Of a stretch of DNA of 64,000 nt, positions 39,552 through 50,920 are shown piece by piece (positions within the stretch are counted from its first letter, which is position 1; each line of letters opens with the position of its first letter). This DNA is from Tubulanus polymorphus (lineage: Eukaryota > Animalia > Nemertea). The position numbers and the translations under genes are program-made. The DNA lies in contig NC_134034.1 of assembly GCF_964204645.1 (NCBI RefSeq), positions 5,926,914 through 5,990,913 of the forward strand. The letters are read 5' to 3'. A model generated the notes under the pieces. The model did not search any database, was not told the origin of the DNA, and was given only the letters and a program-made list of their open reading frames with translations.

Positions 39552-40762
39552 TGGCATGGAAAACTGTCAACATTAAAATGGCATTTTTGACGCGTCAAAT
39601 GACGAGTCAATCGACGCCTCAAACGACGCGTCAAATTCACTGCATTCAAAATTTAATCATATTTCATAATACATTTATTCTATAAGTATCCATTGTTTTT
39701 TCTCTTCTGGTTGCTCTGTCTGTCCTTCGCAGAGGCGGATCTAGGGCTGTCTTGTATGAGCCGCGAGACACAGGGTTGGGGATCCGCCAAAATATTGAAA
39801 AATTCCATGTGCACGTTTGTGCAATTTCCTGCACTTTAGAACTAATTCAAGAGGGGATAGGCCCTGGTCTCTCGGGTCTCACCGATCTAGACCGGCCGCT
39901 GCCTCGAAAGCTCTTCGTTTCGCGGCAGCTGTTACAATCCAATGTATTATTGCTATGTATATACCATACAGACTGGTGGCCGCTTAGTAGTGGCAACCTG
40001 TCCAAAGGAACCTTGGGCAATAATAAACCGTTGTAGGGTTTATGTTAGTAGGGAATCAAACCCTTGCAAGGAATGGATGAAGGTCTCTGAATTCAGGCAT
40101 GAATTACACCACGAACCTTAGTGTCTGATAAGGATCGTAGAGCGAAAAGTCAAGCCAAAATCAGTCGACCTTTTTGGGAACAATAAAAGGTAACACACAG
40201 CCGACTTGTGTCCGATCGACCCATTTCGTAAGCTGATGGGCACTTGGTAGATAAAAATATAAGAATGATTGATTGATCAAAGCATCTTCAAAATTTCCCT
40301 TGAAAATTAGAAAAAAAAAATTTGTAAAAAGTGCTGATTTCAGCAGTTAGCCATCTTGATTCTGATCAGGTCGGTTTTTGGGTACAGGATCACCGACGGG
40401 TAATTATTCCTGTTATATATGGTCACTATTTTGCCCATAGTAATTTGCTCTGATTAGAATCCCACACTTATCCCACGACTCAAAAATCTGTGGAGAAAAT
40501 ATAATGGAGAGAAAAGAACAGTATTCGAACTCAGGCCTGCAAGCACTAGCACAGTGACACTGCTAGACCAGCGAGGCAGCCAAATACAATTGGAGTGTTT
40601 TACCTACACATAGCACTAAACTTAACCTTAATATTAATTCCTGGACCATATAGATCTTTATTAAATGCATTATGAAATGAGATGAAATTTTGAATAAAGT
40701 GAATTTGACGTCATTTGACGCGTCAAAAATGCTATTTTAATTTTGACAGTATTTCCATGCCA
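39552..40762. mobile_element. MITE-like element with ~100-130-bp TIRs
   Basis: TGGCATGGAAAACTGTCAA...TTTGACGCGTCAAA at the left end is inverted at 40660-40762 (...TTGACAGTATTTCCATGCCA). No TSD resolved. Confidence 0.7.
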
Positions 40763-41286
40763 CTTTTCAGAAAACAATTTGAACATCCGTCCGGCAAACA
40801 ATGTGTGCACTGATCGTTTAAAAACGAAGTGAGTAAAAATTTCTGATCACAATCGCACTATGGTATCATCTTGTGAGATGTGAAATTTTACGAGTTTCGG
40901 GGCGATTTTCTAATTTGACGCCTTATAAAACGTTACCATTATGAAACCTAAACAATGATAACCAGTCAGCGTCATTTTGCAAACGACAGCCGTAAATCGA
41001 TGTGCAAAACGTCACAGTTCTATGTACACATACAAGCTATTCGGCAAAATATTATATATATATATATATATAATAAGTTTATTTCTTCACTTAAGAGATA
41101 CAATACAGAAATACAGTCATCACTATTACATAAAAGAAAAGTTACAGAAAGTACTTCTACACTGTAAAGCGTAGTAAAGAAAAAGGACAAAAAGGGACCC
41201 CAAAGGGGGGTATACTTTTAATGAAAAAAAGCCTAATGCCCTGGCGGAATGGATGGACATGATGTTAAACACAAGTATGATAAGTA

Positions 41287-44022
41287 TTAATACAATCCTA
41301 TTATATGTCTTTTCAAATTCCGCTTGAATATATCGATGTTGGATGCTTGCTGAAGTTCAGTTGGAAGAGAATTCCAGACTCTAATACAATTAATGTTAGG
41401 AGAAAACATCCTGATATTGGTTCTGTAATAAGGTAAACGAAATTGATTAGAGTTACGGGTGTTGTGGGAATGAAGATCAGAAATACGAATTAAACTATTG
41501 GACAATTTGACAGGCAGCAACACATGGACAGATTTATACATCAGTACAGAATTTTGGAACACATTGATGTCTTGAAGTTTGAGTTGATACGACTTTTTGA
41601 ACAGTGGAGTAGTGTGTTCTAGAAAATTTACCCCACTAGCAATGCGAATAGCGCGTTTTTGAAGCAAAATAAGGGGTCGTAACCTAGTTACATAATTAGA
41701 TGCCCAGACGATATTACAGTACTGTAGATACGGAAGGATGAAACCGTTGAATAACTTGATGAGCGCGGATCTAGGAAAAATACGTCGTGCTTTTCTTAAT
41801 ACACCAATATTTCTGCTAACAATAGAGCACAGCTTGTTTATGTGGGAGTTCCATGTTAGGCTGTCGTCAATTATTACACCAAGGAATTTTGTTTCTCTGT
41901 TTCTAGTTATTGAAACATTACCCATTACAAGGTCGATATCATCAAGAATATTGATCTTTTTATGGAAAAGCATATAATTCGTTTTCAACAGATTAGCAGA
42001 TAGCCTATTGGAGTTTAGCCAGTTAAACAGTTTAGTGAGCTCAACATTAGTATTTGATTGCAGTATATTCAGATCGGAATGAGAGTTAATGGCAGTCGTA
42101 TCGTCAGCAAATAGTAAAAAGTTTAAATTACAAGAATAAACGATGTCATTAACAAACAAAATGAATAGCAAGGGCCCTAAGATGGAACCCTGAGGTACCC
42201 CTATAGGAATGGGACTGACATCAGATAAATAGTTCTTGAACGACACTTGCTGTAAGCGGTTAGTGAGGTAGGATTTGAACCATGAATGAGCAACCCCTCG
42301 AATTCCGTAACTATACAACTTGTCTAATAATATAGAATGATCAATAGTGTCAAATGCTTTTTTTAAATCAAGCATGATACTAACAGTAAATTTTCCATTA
42401 TCTAGATTCTCAGTGATGTAATTAGTGAATGCGATTAAAGCATGTGACGTGGAGAGACCTTTTCGAAAACCGAATTGGTTACATGAGAGAATATTGTGTT
42501 TATCAATAAAAGAAGATAACCTGTTGCTAACAGCTTTTTCAAAAAGTTTTGAAAATGCTGGTAAAAGTGAAATGGGGCGGTAATTGGACACATTATTTAT
42601 AACACCGGATTTATAAACAGGGACTACCCTAGCCATTTTGATACCCGATGGGACAATACCAGTAACAAATGAATTGTTAATTACATGCATTAACGGTTTG
42701 CAAATATGCTCGATAGACTGTTTAAAAATAAACATAGGGATTTCATCCCATCCAGATGAAGTTTTGCCTATAAACTGTGAAACAATGTCATGAATTTCTA
42801 TTTCAGTAACCGGAAACATAAAGAAATTATCAGATATGTTAGTTACATGTGTTTCCCTATTGGGTTCTGGTTGCGGTATATCGCTAGCAATAGAGGAGCC
42901 TATAGTACTAAAATAATCATTAAATAGATTAGCAATAGCTTTACAATTATTTATAACAGTACCAGAGGAGTCTAATAAGGCAGATGGTAATTTTGGAGGG
43001 CCCTTCAAGGCTAAGGTATTTTTAATGACGTTCCATGTATCCTTTACCTTGGATTTAGAAAAATCAATGCAAGAAGCGTAATACGAACGCTCTGCGAATC
43101 TGAGTAAGTGTTTAAGCTTATTATTATATATAGTATACTCAGATTTATCGTCAGAGTTACGAGATTTCAAATACTTTTTATAGAGGGAATTCTTACGTTT
43201 AATCGATATAAGAAGCCCTGGAGTTAGCCACTTATGGTTATTTTCCTTATTTCGAGCCGAGGGTTGTTCACACAATTTGAGGGGAAAGAAATGATCGAAT
43301 AATTCTTTGTACAAAGATAAAAACACGGTATATGAAGACTCAGGATTAGGGTCACCAAGCACTGGATCCCAGTCAGTTTTTGAAAGCGCATCACAAAATA
43401 ATAACATAGATTTTTTAGGATAATGGCGCCTGAAAAAAGAGTCTCTAGTGGGTTGACAGGTAGTAATATCAGAAAATACGAAAACAGGCAAATGATCTGA
43501 AATGTCAAAGGTGAGTAAACCCGGTACATGTTTACTCAATGGTATGTCATTTGTGAAAATATTATCTATGACTGACTGAGAGTTTTCAGTTATTCGAGTG
43601 GGTTTATCATTTAGCGGTAGAAATGATAAGGAGCACATAGAATCAAAGAAATGTTGTACTCGGGAGTCTTCGTTATAGTCAAGGAGGTTTATATTGAAGT
43701 CACCCAGTATATAAAATTTACGATTACTAATCAAAGGCCAGGATTCAAGTTTATCAATAAATGATTGGTTAAAAGAGTTGATATCAGGACCCGTCCTGTA
43801 TACAACGCCTACAACTACATTCTTAATTTCAATGAATAAAGATTCATATACATTATTACAAACACATAAATCAGTAAGGATTTTATATTGAATGTTATTC
43901 TTTATATACAAACAGACACCACCACCATTGCTAAATGATCGGCTTTGAAATTCACAGTTATATCCGTCAAGGTGATATAGCGCATTATTGTTGTCATTTA
44001 ACTTAGTCCACGTTTCAGTCAC
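41287..44022 (-). CDS. LINE ORF2: APE endonuclease plus reverse transcriptase
   Basis: 911 aa with no stops. Motifs TETW, GGGV, GDFN, SDHLP, NYRPISLL, QFGFR, DLKKAFD, GVPQGSILGP, FADD. The frame stays open upstream to ~44240 (HINSRSL). Confidence 0.95.
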   Translation of the reverse strand: MTETWTKLNDNNNALYHLDGYNCEFQSRSFSNGGGVCLYIKNNIQYKILTDLCVCNNVYESLFIEIKNVVVGVVYRTGPDINSFNQSFIDKLESWPLISNRKFYILGDFNINLLDYNEDSRVQHFFDSMCSLSFLPLNDKPTRITENSQSVIDNIFTNDIPLSKHVPGLLTFDISDHLPVFVFSDITTCQPTRDSFFRRHYPKKSMLLFCDALSKTDWDPVLGDPNPESSYTVFLSLYKELFDHFFPLKLCEQPSARNKENNHKWLTPGLLISIKRKNSLYKKYLKSRNSDDKSEYTIYNNKLKHLLRFAERSYYASCIDFSKSKVKDTWNVIKNTLALKGPPKLPSALLDSSGTVINNCKAIANLFNDYFSTIGSSIASDIPQPEPNRETHVTNISDNFFMFPVTEIEIHDIVSQFIGKTSSGWDEIPMFIFKQSIEHICKPLMHVINNSFVTGIVPSGIKMARVVPVYKSGVINNVSNYRPISLLPAFSKLFEKAVSNRLSSFIDKHNILSCNQFGFRKGLSTSHALIAFTNYITENLDNGKFTVSIMLDLKKAFDTIDHSILLDKLYSYGIRGVAHSWFKSYLTNRLQQVSFKNYLSDVSPIPIGVPQGSILGPLLFILFVNDIVYSCNLNFLLFADDTTAINSHSDLNILQSNTNVELTKLFNWLNSNRLSANLLKTNYMLFHKKINILDDIDLVMGNVSITRNRETKFLGVIIDDSLTWNSHINKLCSIVSRNIGVLRKARRIFPRSALIKLFNGFILPYLQYCNIVWASNYVTRLRPLILLQKRAIRIASGVNFLEHTTPLFKKSYQLKLQDINVFQNSVLMYKSVHVLLPVKLSNSLIRISDLHSHNTRNSNQFRLPYYRTNIRMFSPNINCIRVWNSLPTELQQASNIDIFKRNLKRHIIGLY

Positions 44023-44212
44023 TGCTATAATATCGAATACATGACTTATAGATTTTAAGTTACTTTTTAATTGACTAAAGTTTTTATTAAGACTGCGAGA
44101 GTTAATATGAATTAAACTAAACTTTCGATTAATAGGGAGGAACTTTTCGTTGAAGTCAGCAGAGCAAAAGTACTGACTAGAAGAACAAGAAAATTCGGTA
44201 TCTTCAGAAGTA

Positions 44213-44671
44213 TCAAGTGCTATTTTTTTTAAATTTAATACTGGCTTTTTTTACAGACTGGCTTACGCTGGGCGAGGGCGTAGACCTGTCACTACGATTT
44301 CGTTTTTTGCCTGATTTCGCAGGAGTCACAAACGTGTCACCATCATCCTCTCTGGTGATTGATGATAAAAAGTTATCAAGAAGGGCGTTTTTTCCGCTAC
44401 GACAAATATGGATACCCGAACTATCCGACATCGCGTAATACTGCTCGAGTACGGTGCCCTGTGGCTTGAAGACGCGGTTATTATCAATGAATGGTATTTC
44501 TTGTTGTTCGCATAGTCGCATAGTGTACGAATTTACAGAGTTAATTACTTCGTTAATTTCATTTGATTTACTGCTATTTCCTCTCTTTGGGAGTATCGAC
44601 GACACATGAATTTTAGCGTTTCGGAAGCGTTCCATTGTTTTAGCGATCGAGGTTGAGGTATTGACCTTCAC
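44213..44671 (-). CDS. LINE ORF1 C-terminal part (SGNH esterase-like), 5'-truncated
   Basis: IHVSSILPK...NSVN...FIDN...DSSGIH resembles the esterase ORF1 of CR1/L2-group LINEs. Basic tail. Confidence 0.7.
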   Translation of the reverse strand: MKVNTSTSIAKTMERFRNAKIHVSSILPKRGNSSKSNEINEVINSVNSYTMRLCEQQEIPFIDNNRVFKPQGTVLEQYYAMSDSSGIHICRSGKNALLDNFLSSITREDDGDTFVTPAKSGKKRNRSDRSTPSPSVSQSVKKASIKFKKNST

Positions 44672-46094
44672 CGATTGTTATTATTGACAAAGATGTAGAA
44701 TGGCTCCCTTTGATTATGTAATGAGCTCTATTTGAACGTCGAAATGTTATATTGCGTTGAATATCATTAGAAGACGTAATGTAATAGTGAATGATGTATG
44801 ATTGTATCAGAAGTGACAGGCATAAATAGAAATGATAAGTAAATCGGATTATTCGGTCAAAATGGCGGATGTATACACGATTTGGAAGTCTGATATAAAA
44901 GCAAGACCCTGACATGGGGATGATGGTAGAATGACGAAGCTATCTACGATCTGTGTAGGGCCGGCGTGAATTTCATCGGCGGCTACAAGCGATCAATATG
45001 AAGATGTGTTAACATATAATTTCAATATTCAAATGTTTTAGAAAATATGTTCGACATAAGGGGTATGCAGGTTTCACGAGGTTAGCAATTTATAATAGCA
45101 TAGCTGTCATATACGGCTCCGCGTCCTCTGATGGCATGTGTATTAGGTGACTATTCAATTCAATTCTTTATTGATCCTTATTACATATACAATTCCGGGA
45201 TAAAATTCAAAAATTCAAAATTCAATAAAGTTGCAAATTTCAAAATAAGAAAAATACAACTTACAATTCATACAGAATAACATAAACAAAATATTTTAAA
45301 TGACAATGTCTACTTCAACCAACTCAAGAGGAAAAGCGAGGAGAGGCGAAACCGAGCAGGGACCCCGGGCCGGCTAGTCGAAATACCAGTCGTTGTTACC
45401 GGTTCCCTACAACCTGGTTGTTTGTGGAACGACGGCTATATACTAGTCTACAGGCCGGTGGGCTAGGCCACACACGATATGCTCCAAAGTAATGATGAAG
45501 CAGACATCAGAAGAGCTCTTTCCTCAACCACGGAGGCAATGAAGTTGCAGACCAGCTTAGAGGCAGAAGTGAATGAAGTCGGTCGCAAGTTATCAATTAT
45601 TGACAATTTTCAATAAAAAAAAATTAAATGGAACCACTTCTACAGTCGAAGACCTGTATCATCTGCACAATCGCCAAATCTCATAATTCCCCACATTTCT
45701 TAAAACTTCGATTTCAAATTTGCAATTCCACATTAGCTTGTCCCAAAAATTCTATGTTTTTTCGCAGGTTTCAAATAATTTATTGAAATTAAATTTCTTG
45801 TTTTTCCTTTTATCAAAACGATCCTATCAGGTTAAACCTTCCCAACGTTATGGGAAAATATGTTGCGTACATAATAATTGAGATGTAAGTACGTGTAAAT
45901 AAATTTTGTTACGTTCAATTGAACTATTTATTCCTCGATATTGTGTACTTATCATGATAAAGCTTTAAGCTACCCTTGAAACACACTCGCTTTTTACTTT
46001 CTCAGTCCATTCAGGGGAGATGATCATCAAATGGCTTACTAAGGTGTTTTCTCAACTGAACAATTTACCATATCCTAAATTCTGACCCTAATTG

Positions 46095-46098
<4 letters not shown>

Positions 46099-46173
<75 letters not shown>
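46099..46173. repeat. (TA)n microsatellite
   Basis: Direct reading. Confidence 0.97.
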
Positions 46174-46178
<5 letters not shown>

Positions 46179-49100
46179 ACATGCATAAATACATAAACCT
46201 ATATCCAATATACCGGTACATGCCTATACCGATAACATTTGCCGGTCCCGGGGCAACCTCTATTGTATGATTACGCACACTCACCGGCGTGCTAACCAGT
46301 GGATCGCTCAGTGATGAATAGAATAAACCGGGCTCTTTATGTAGATTTTGGATTGCTCTGGTAGTCTCTAAAGCTCTCTGAAATCCAGTGGTACCTACAA
46401 AACCATCCCCCCTCCCAAGCTCGGATACTACGCCCTCAAATCAAATTTCCGACGTTCGAATCGTGCGGGAACTGTTTTCCGGGTGGAACGACATAAAATG
46501 CGACGAAATTAGAGGAATTATGTACTCTTTGGCTACTCTGATTGACAGATGCACACTTAAATCTCCTGGTTTCGAACCTACCCGATGATGAACCATGCAT
46601 TGGCGGTCTGTTATGGTGAGCCTGACCACGAAATGTTCGAATCCAACGTAATGAAATCTCATTTGACTCGAAGTTTCTTATCTTTTCTTCTACAAGACCA
46701 TGGCCAAAAATTAAAAACTCATAGATACGAACTTTCATACGTCGAGAGTCATATTTGAAAGAAAAAATATCAGGTTATAGCAAAATTTAATTGTTCGCAG
46801 TATATACAAAAGGAAAACGATGGAAAAAGAAATCTCTCCAATTTCCAAATCAACCCAATATACACATATAGACCCACTAGACAATATGTAAACTTTCTGC
46901 CTTTTAAAACCTTTCACTAATACAAGTACGAACGATTTAACCAATTAACATTTTGGAGAGCTCAGAATAAAAGCCTAGAAATAGTCACCAAGATTTTGTC
47001 TAATTATATGACATTAATTCGCAATTAAAAGAATTACGTATTGGTCATTTTGGGTGTACCGTGGAGACGGGGAGCGCACACGCTGAACGCCTAAAACTTA
47101 AATACCTATTTACCATTTTCCAGCGATCTTTTCACAGAAATAGTAACTTCTTTCAAGTTCGACAACTAATCGTTAGTTCACGCCCTATCGCCGTTGTGTA
47201 GAATAATTCAATCTGAAAGGACTTTTAAGAATTATCTAAAATGACGTACAGGTTCCCCAAAAGCCAGCGGCTAAGATACTTGACACTTGCCCGGTTTTTG
47301 ATGTAATATAATATGTAATGTAATACCCTTTCGTCGCGCGGAGTGACCACGCTCGATGGCGCAGTGGTTAAAGTGTTCCACTCAAGTAGGTAGGTTAGGA
47401 GTTCTAGTCCACGTAATGCGGCGGGTTGATAGTTCGATTCCTCAAATCACTTTTTTTTATCGCGTGAAAGCAAGCGGATGTGATAAAATGTATGGGCTAC
47501 TGTAAAAAGGATGGACCCGAGAAAAGTCATTGCAGATACCAGTCGATATATTACAGTGTGACATTTATTACCAGAATCGAATAATGTACAAGTTAAGGCC
47601 ACGCAAAAAACACCCTCTTGGTAATGAGAATGACTGATTTTTCTTGTTGACAATTTCTTAGATAAGAATTTATAATCGGCAAGTTATGTAATGATTGACT
47701 CGGTATCGCAGGTCGATTTCTGGTTGGATCTTACCCGTGATAAAGGTCGATTCAGTTTAAATGGCGGATCTACGTAGCTATATGGGGACATGGGCACTTG
47801 AGAGTTTTGCGGGTGCCGTGTATCTTCAAATACAATCAGTCTTCTGCCAGTTATCGGTCCACCACTGTCGGGACCTCTGCAATTTTGGCGGATAATCGAG
47901 GATGGTGGATAGTGAATTTCTAAAATTGTCCATTCTCCTTAAGACACCCGAAATTAAATCAAAACATATTTTAATATTGCACTGTAAAATATGCCGCAAA
48001 ATTACGGAGAAAACGGACAGTTGGAGTTATCCCGTCGTATTTCCGATTTTTCACGAATCTCAGGTCAATACAAACCCTGGCTGCCATGTCGAACTTTCTA
48101 CGTCATTCAACAATGCGCATGTCCCTAGCATGTCAATCCGTCACGCGAGGCTGCGCATTGACTTGAGTAAGGTCCGTGGCAGTTAAATCAAATTATTTCC
48201 TTCTTTCGTATAGAAAATAATGAAAATGTGAACATCGCATATCTTAAAGCATTTACTTCTCGTAAAATTGATATAAAACTTGGTAAAGTCGAGTGAGCTG
48301 AAGGCACATCCATTTTTTTTCTAAGGAATTACACGTGATGCCCGTTTTTGGTAGAAGAAAATGATGACGCGCCCACCAGACTGCCGTTTTTAACGACTCA
48401 GCGAAGTCGTCTTACCAACCTATACTGTGAGGTTCTAATAGTGTCCGGCGTTTATCGAGCTTTAAGATAATACATATGGATATATTCTTTAAATTTGGCT
48501 TGTACTTCCCTGGAAAGGAGAAAACAGCTTGGAATTGCAGCAATTTGCTTCTTTGAAGGAATTATGAACATTGTTTTGTTACTCGTCGTTGTTAAGATTT
48601 TCGGTCGGGACTCCAAACCTATTGCATTTGAACGTTTCCTGGTGGCAGGTAACATCTACAAGGTGGTGCTCCGGTAGAGTTCGTGAGAGAATATGAAAGT
48701 TTAATAAACTTTTGAGTGGACATTTATTGTCAGTGAAGTTATCAAATGATATTGACAGTGAATTCAAACTGCCAGAATGGCCCTGATATGGTCTAAGGAG
48801 TTTGATAATCTGTTTATCAAGAAGGTATTTGGTGGACACTTGCATGCCTTCGGCATCATGTAACCGCGCGGCGTACGTGGCCGCAGCATCTTGACAAAAA
48901 ACATGACCAAATTAATGGAAAAAAAAAGTTCTATCCGCATTGAATGACTCGACTCATGTAAATTAAACTTGTCTGTACCTACTCGGTAATTGATTTTTAC
49001 TCCAATGTTTTCTTCATTGTAAAATTTTAGAGTTCAATAAAGTTCTACTGTTTTGTATACCGTAATATACTGATTGTATCTTTGATTAGACGAGCTCACT

Positions 49101-49848
49101 GAAATGCGCCGCCGCGCGGTAGAACTTTAAATTGAAGTGCCCTGGAAGTTCTGTATAAAACCCTTCATTGCTTGCCCAAAATGTAGTGGGCGGACAGGTT
49201 GCCACTAAGCAGCCACCAGTCTATATGCTAGCCAATCAGGGATGCGTAGCGAATTTGCCGGTGAGAATCAACGCATGTTATTGGCTGGTGAAGAAATCTT
49301 GGGCAAGCAATGAAGGGTTTGCGGCCAGGGTTTGTATTGACGTAAGATTCGACGGGAGGCAATAAACCCTGGTAAGCGAGGATGTTGAAATTCGGCCGCT
49401 TGAAAGTCTAAAAGACAGTATGTCGGGAAGTAGATTTAGATTTCAGAGCGGGAAGGCAGGCATAGCCTACACCTTTCTGCTGTCGAGTCCCTACCCGGAC
49501 TGCGTCACTAAGGGATACCGTCTGTTGGTTTACTAACTACCGCATTTATGGGAACAAAAACCTTTGTATGTATACATCGAATCTGACCCGTAAAAGGTGA
49601 TTTATTTATTGGAAACTTTCCAAAATATGTTAGAATCCGAAAGTCCAATCTCCGCCATCTTAAAGTTTATTTTTTAGAAAATACCGGCTAGGAACATCAT
49701 CCATCGGTATCTCGGCAAGTTAACGTCGCCATTTTTACGGCAGTTGCCATTTCTTATCCGAAGAAGAACATCAGAAAAAGAACGGGATGTGCACGGGTAA
49801 GCGTGGTCATGACGTACCGGTACTTTAGCAGAAAACTAACACAAAATG

Positions 49849-50920
49849 ACTTCATATTTGCTAATCGCCCGTTAAACAACGTATTTACCAGTAAAATATA
49901 TCGACTTTACCCGTCAAACACGTCGATTTTACCCGTCAATATCCGTAAGAAACATCTCGTTTTTACCCGTCAAACACAGTATTTACCCGTCAAAAACATC
50001 TCGTTTCTACCCGTCAAATAACGCATCAAATCACGTATTTGGACGAATATTAGGACCTCATATATCAATATCATTTAATTGCTCCCATTTTTTAGACTTT
50101 GGTTGATGAGAGCGTGTCATGATTCTTACTTTTTAGCCCTTTTGAGACTTTAGTGCTGGGTTTAATTCTCATCCAGCGTCCGGTCGTCCATAGACGCCGG
50201 AATCCAGTTATTTTTGGAAGTTTTGAAGACGCTTCAGTAGATTGTCTTCATATTTGGTTTATACGATACTTGGTGTCCCTTGACCCCTAGTTCAATAGTG
50301 AACTTGGGGATCCTTAATGTTGCAAACCAATATCCTCTAATCGTCCATCACCTCGCTTTGGAGGCCGTCCGTAAAAGTGCGCCGTTTCAGCTTAAAAGTG
50401 GGACTGGTTGCCTGTCAAACTCTGCATTCGCCGTCAGCGGCATCTTCGTTACAGTCACTATGAAACAATTTCAGCTGGATCCAAATATTCGTCAAAATAC
50501 GTGATTTGATGCGCAATTTGACGGGTAAAAACGATGTATTTGATGATGGGTAAAAACGATGTTTTGACGGTTAAATACGCTGTGTTTGACGGGCGATTGG
50601 CAAATATGAAGTTTTAATTTTGACAGTATATCTACGATAGCGATTTTACGCGTCAAATGAACATTCAGTTTTGACCGAATATCTACGATAGCGATTTTGA
50701 CGCCTCAAATGATAATGACATTTAACAGTCTACGATAGCGATTTGGTTTTGTCAGAATATGTGAGATCATATTTGACACATCAAATACGATATTTTGACG
50801 AGCATTTTACGTAGGTTAAGTTGACGAGCAAATTCGATGTTTAGTTTCGACGGGTAAAAATGGAAGTTTGACGGGTAAAAAATTTAAGTTTGACGAGTAA
50901 AATATGAAAGTTTGACGAGT
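49849..50920. mobile_element. Foldback/MITE-like element built from TTTACCCGTCAAA motifs
   Basis: 49849-50055 is inverted at 50479-50612 (ACTTCATATTTGCTAATCGCCCG / CGGGCGATTGGCAAATATGAAGT). Further TTTGACG motifs run to ~50920. Confidence 0.65.

Larger units (their letters stand above)
41056..44678 (-). mobile_element. Young 5'-truncated CR1-group LINE with intact ORF2
   Basis: Partial ORF1, uninterrupted APE-RT ORF2, and AATAAA followed by a (TA)n tail. TSD TATTAT at 41050-41055 and 44679-44684, defined against the empty paralogous site at ~17490. Confidence 0.93.
40914..45812. repeat. ~1.15-kb dispersed repeat, copy 2 (inverted, split by a LINE insertion)
   Basis: 40914-41055 and 44679-45812 are the reverse complement of 16478-17636. 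Confidence 0.88.

Noticed and set aside
44222-44236. Canonical -1 ribosomal frameshift between LINE ORF1 and ORF2
   Set aside because: Frame arithmetic puts ORF2 in +1 relative to ORF1, not -1.
45330-45380. HDV-like ribozyme suggested by TCCTCGC and GCCGGC on the minus strand
   Set aside because: P3 and P1 pairing and the nested pseudoknot could not be formed.
47355-47445. tRNA-like A and B boxes (also ~57535-57590, ~40520-40590, ~46560-46620)
   Set aside because: No complete cloverleaf could be built. At most these are decayed tRNA-derived SINE heads.
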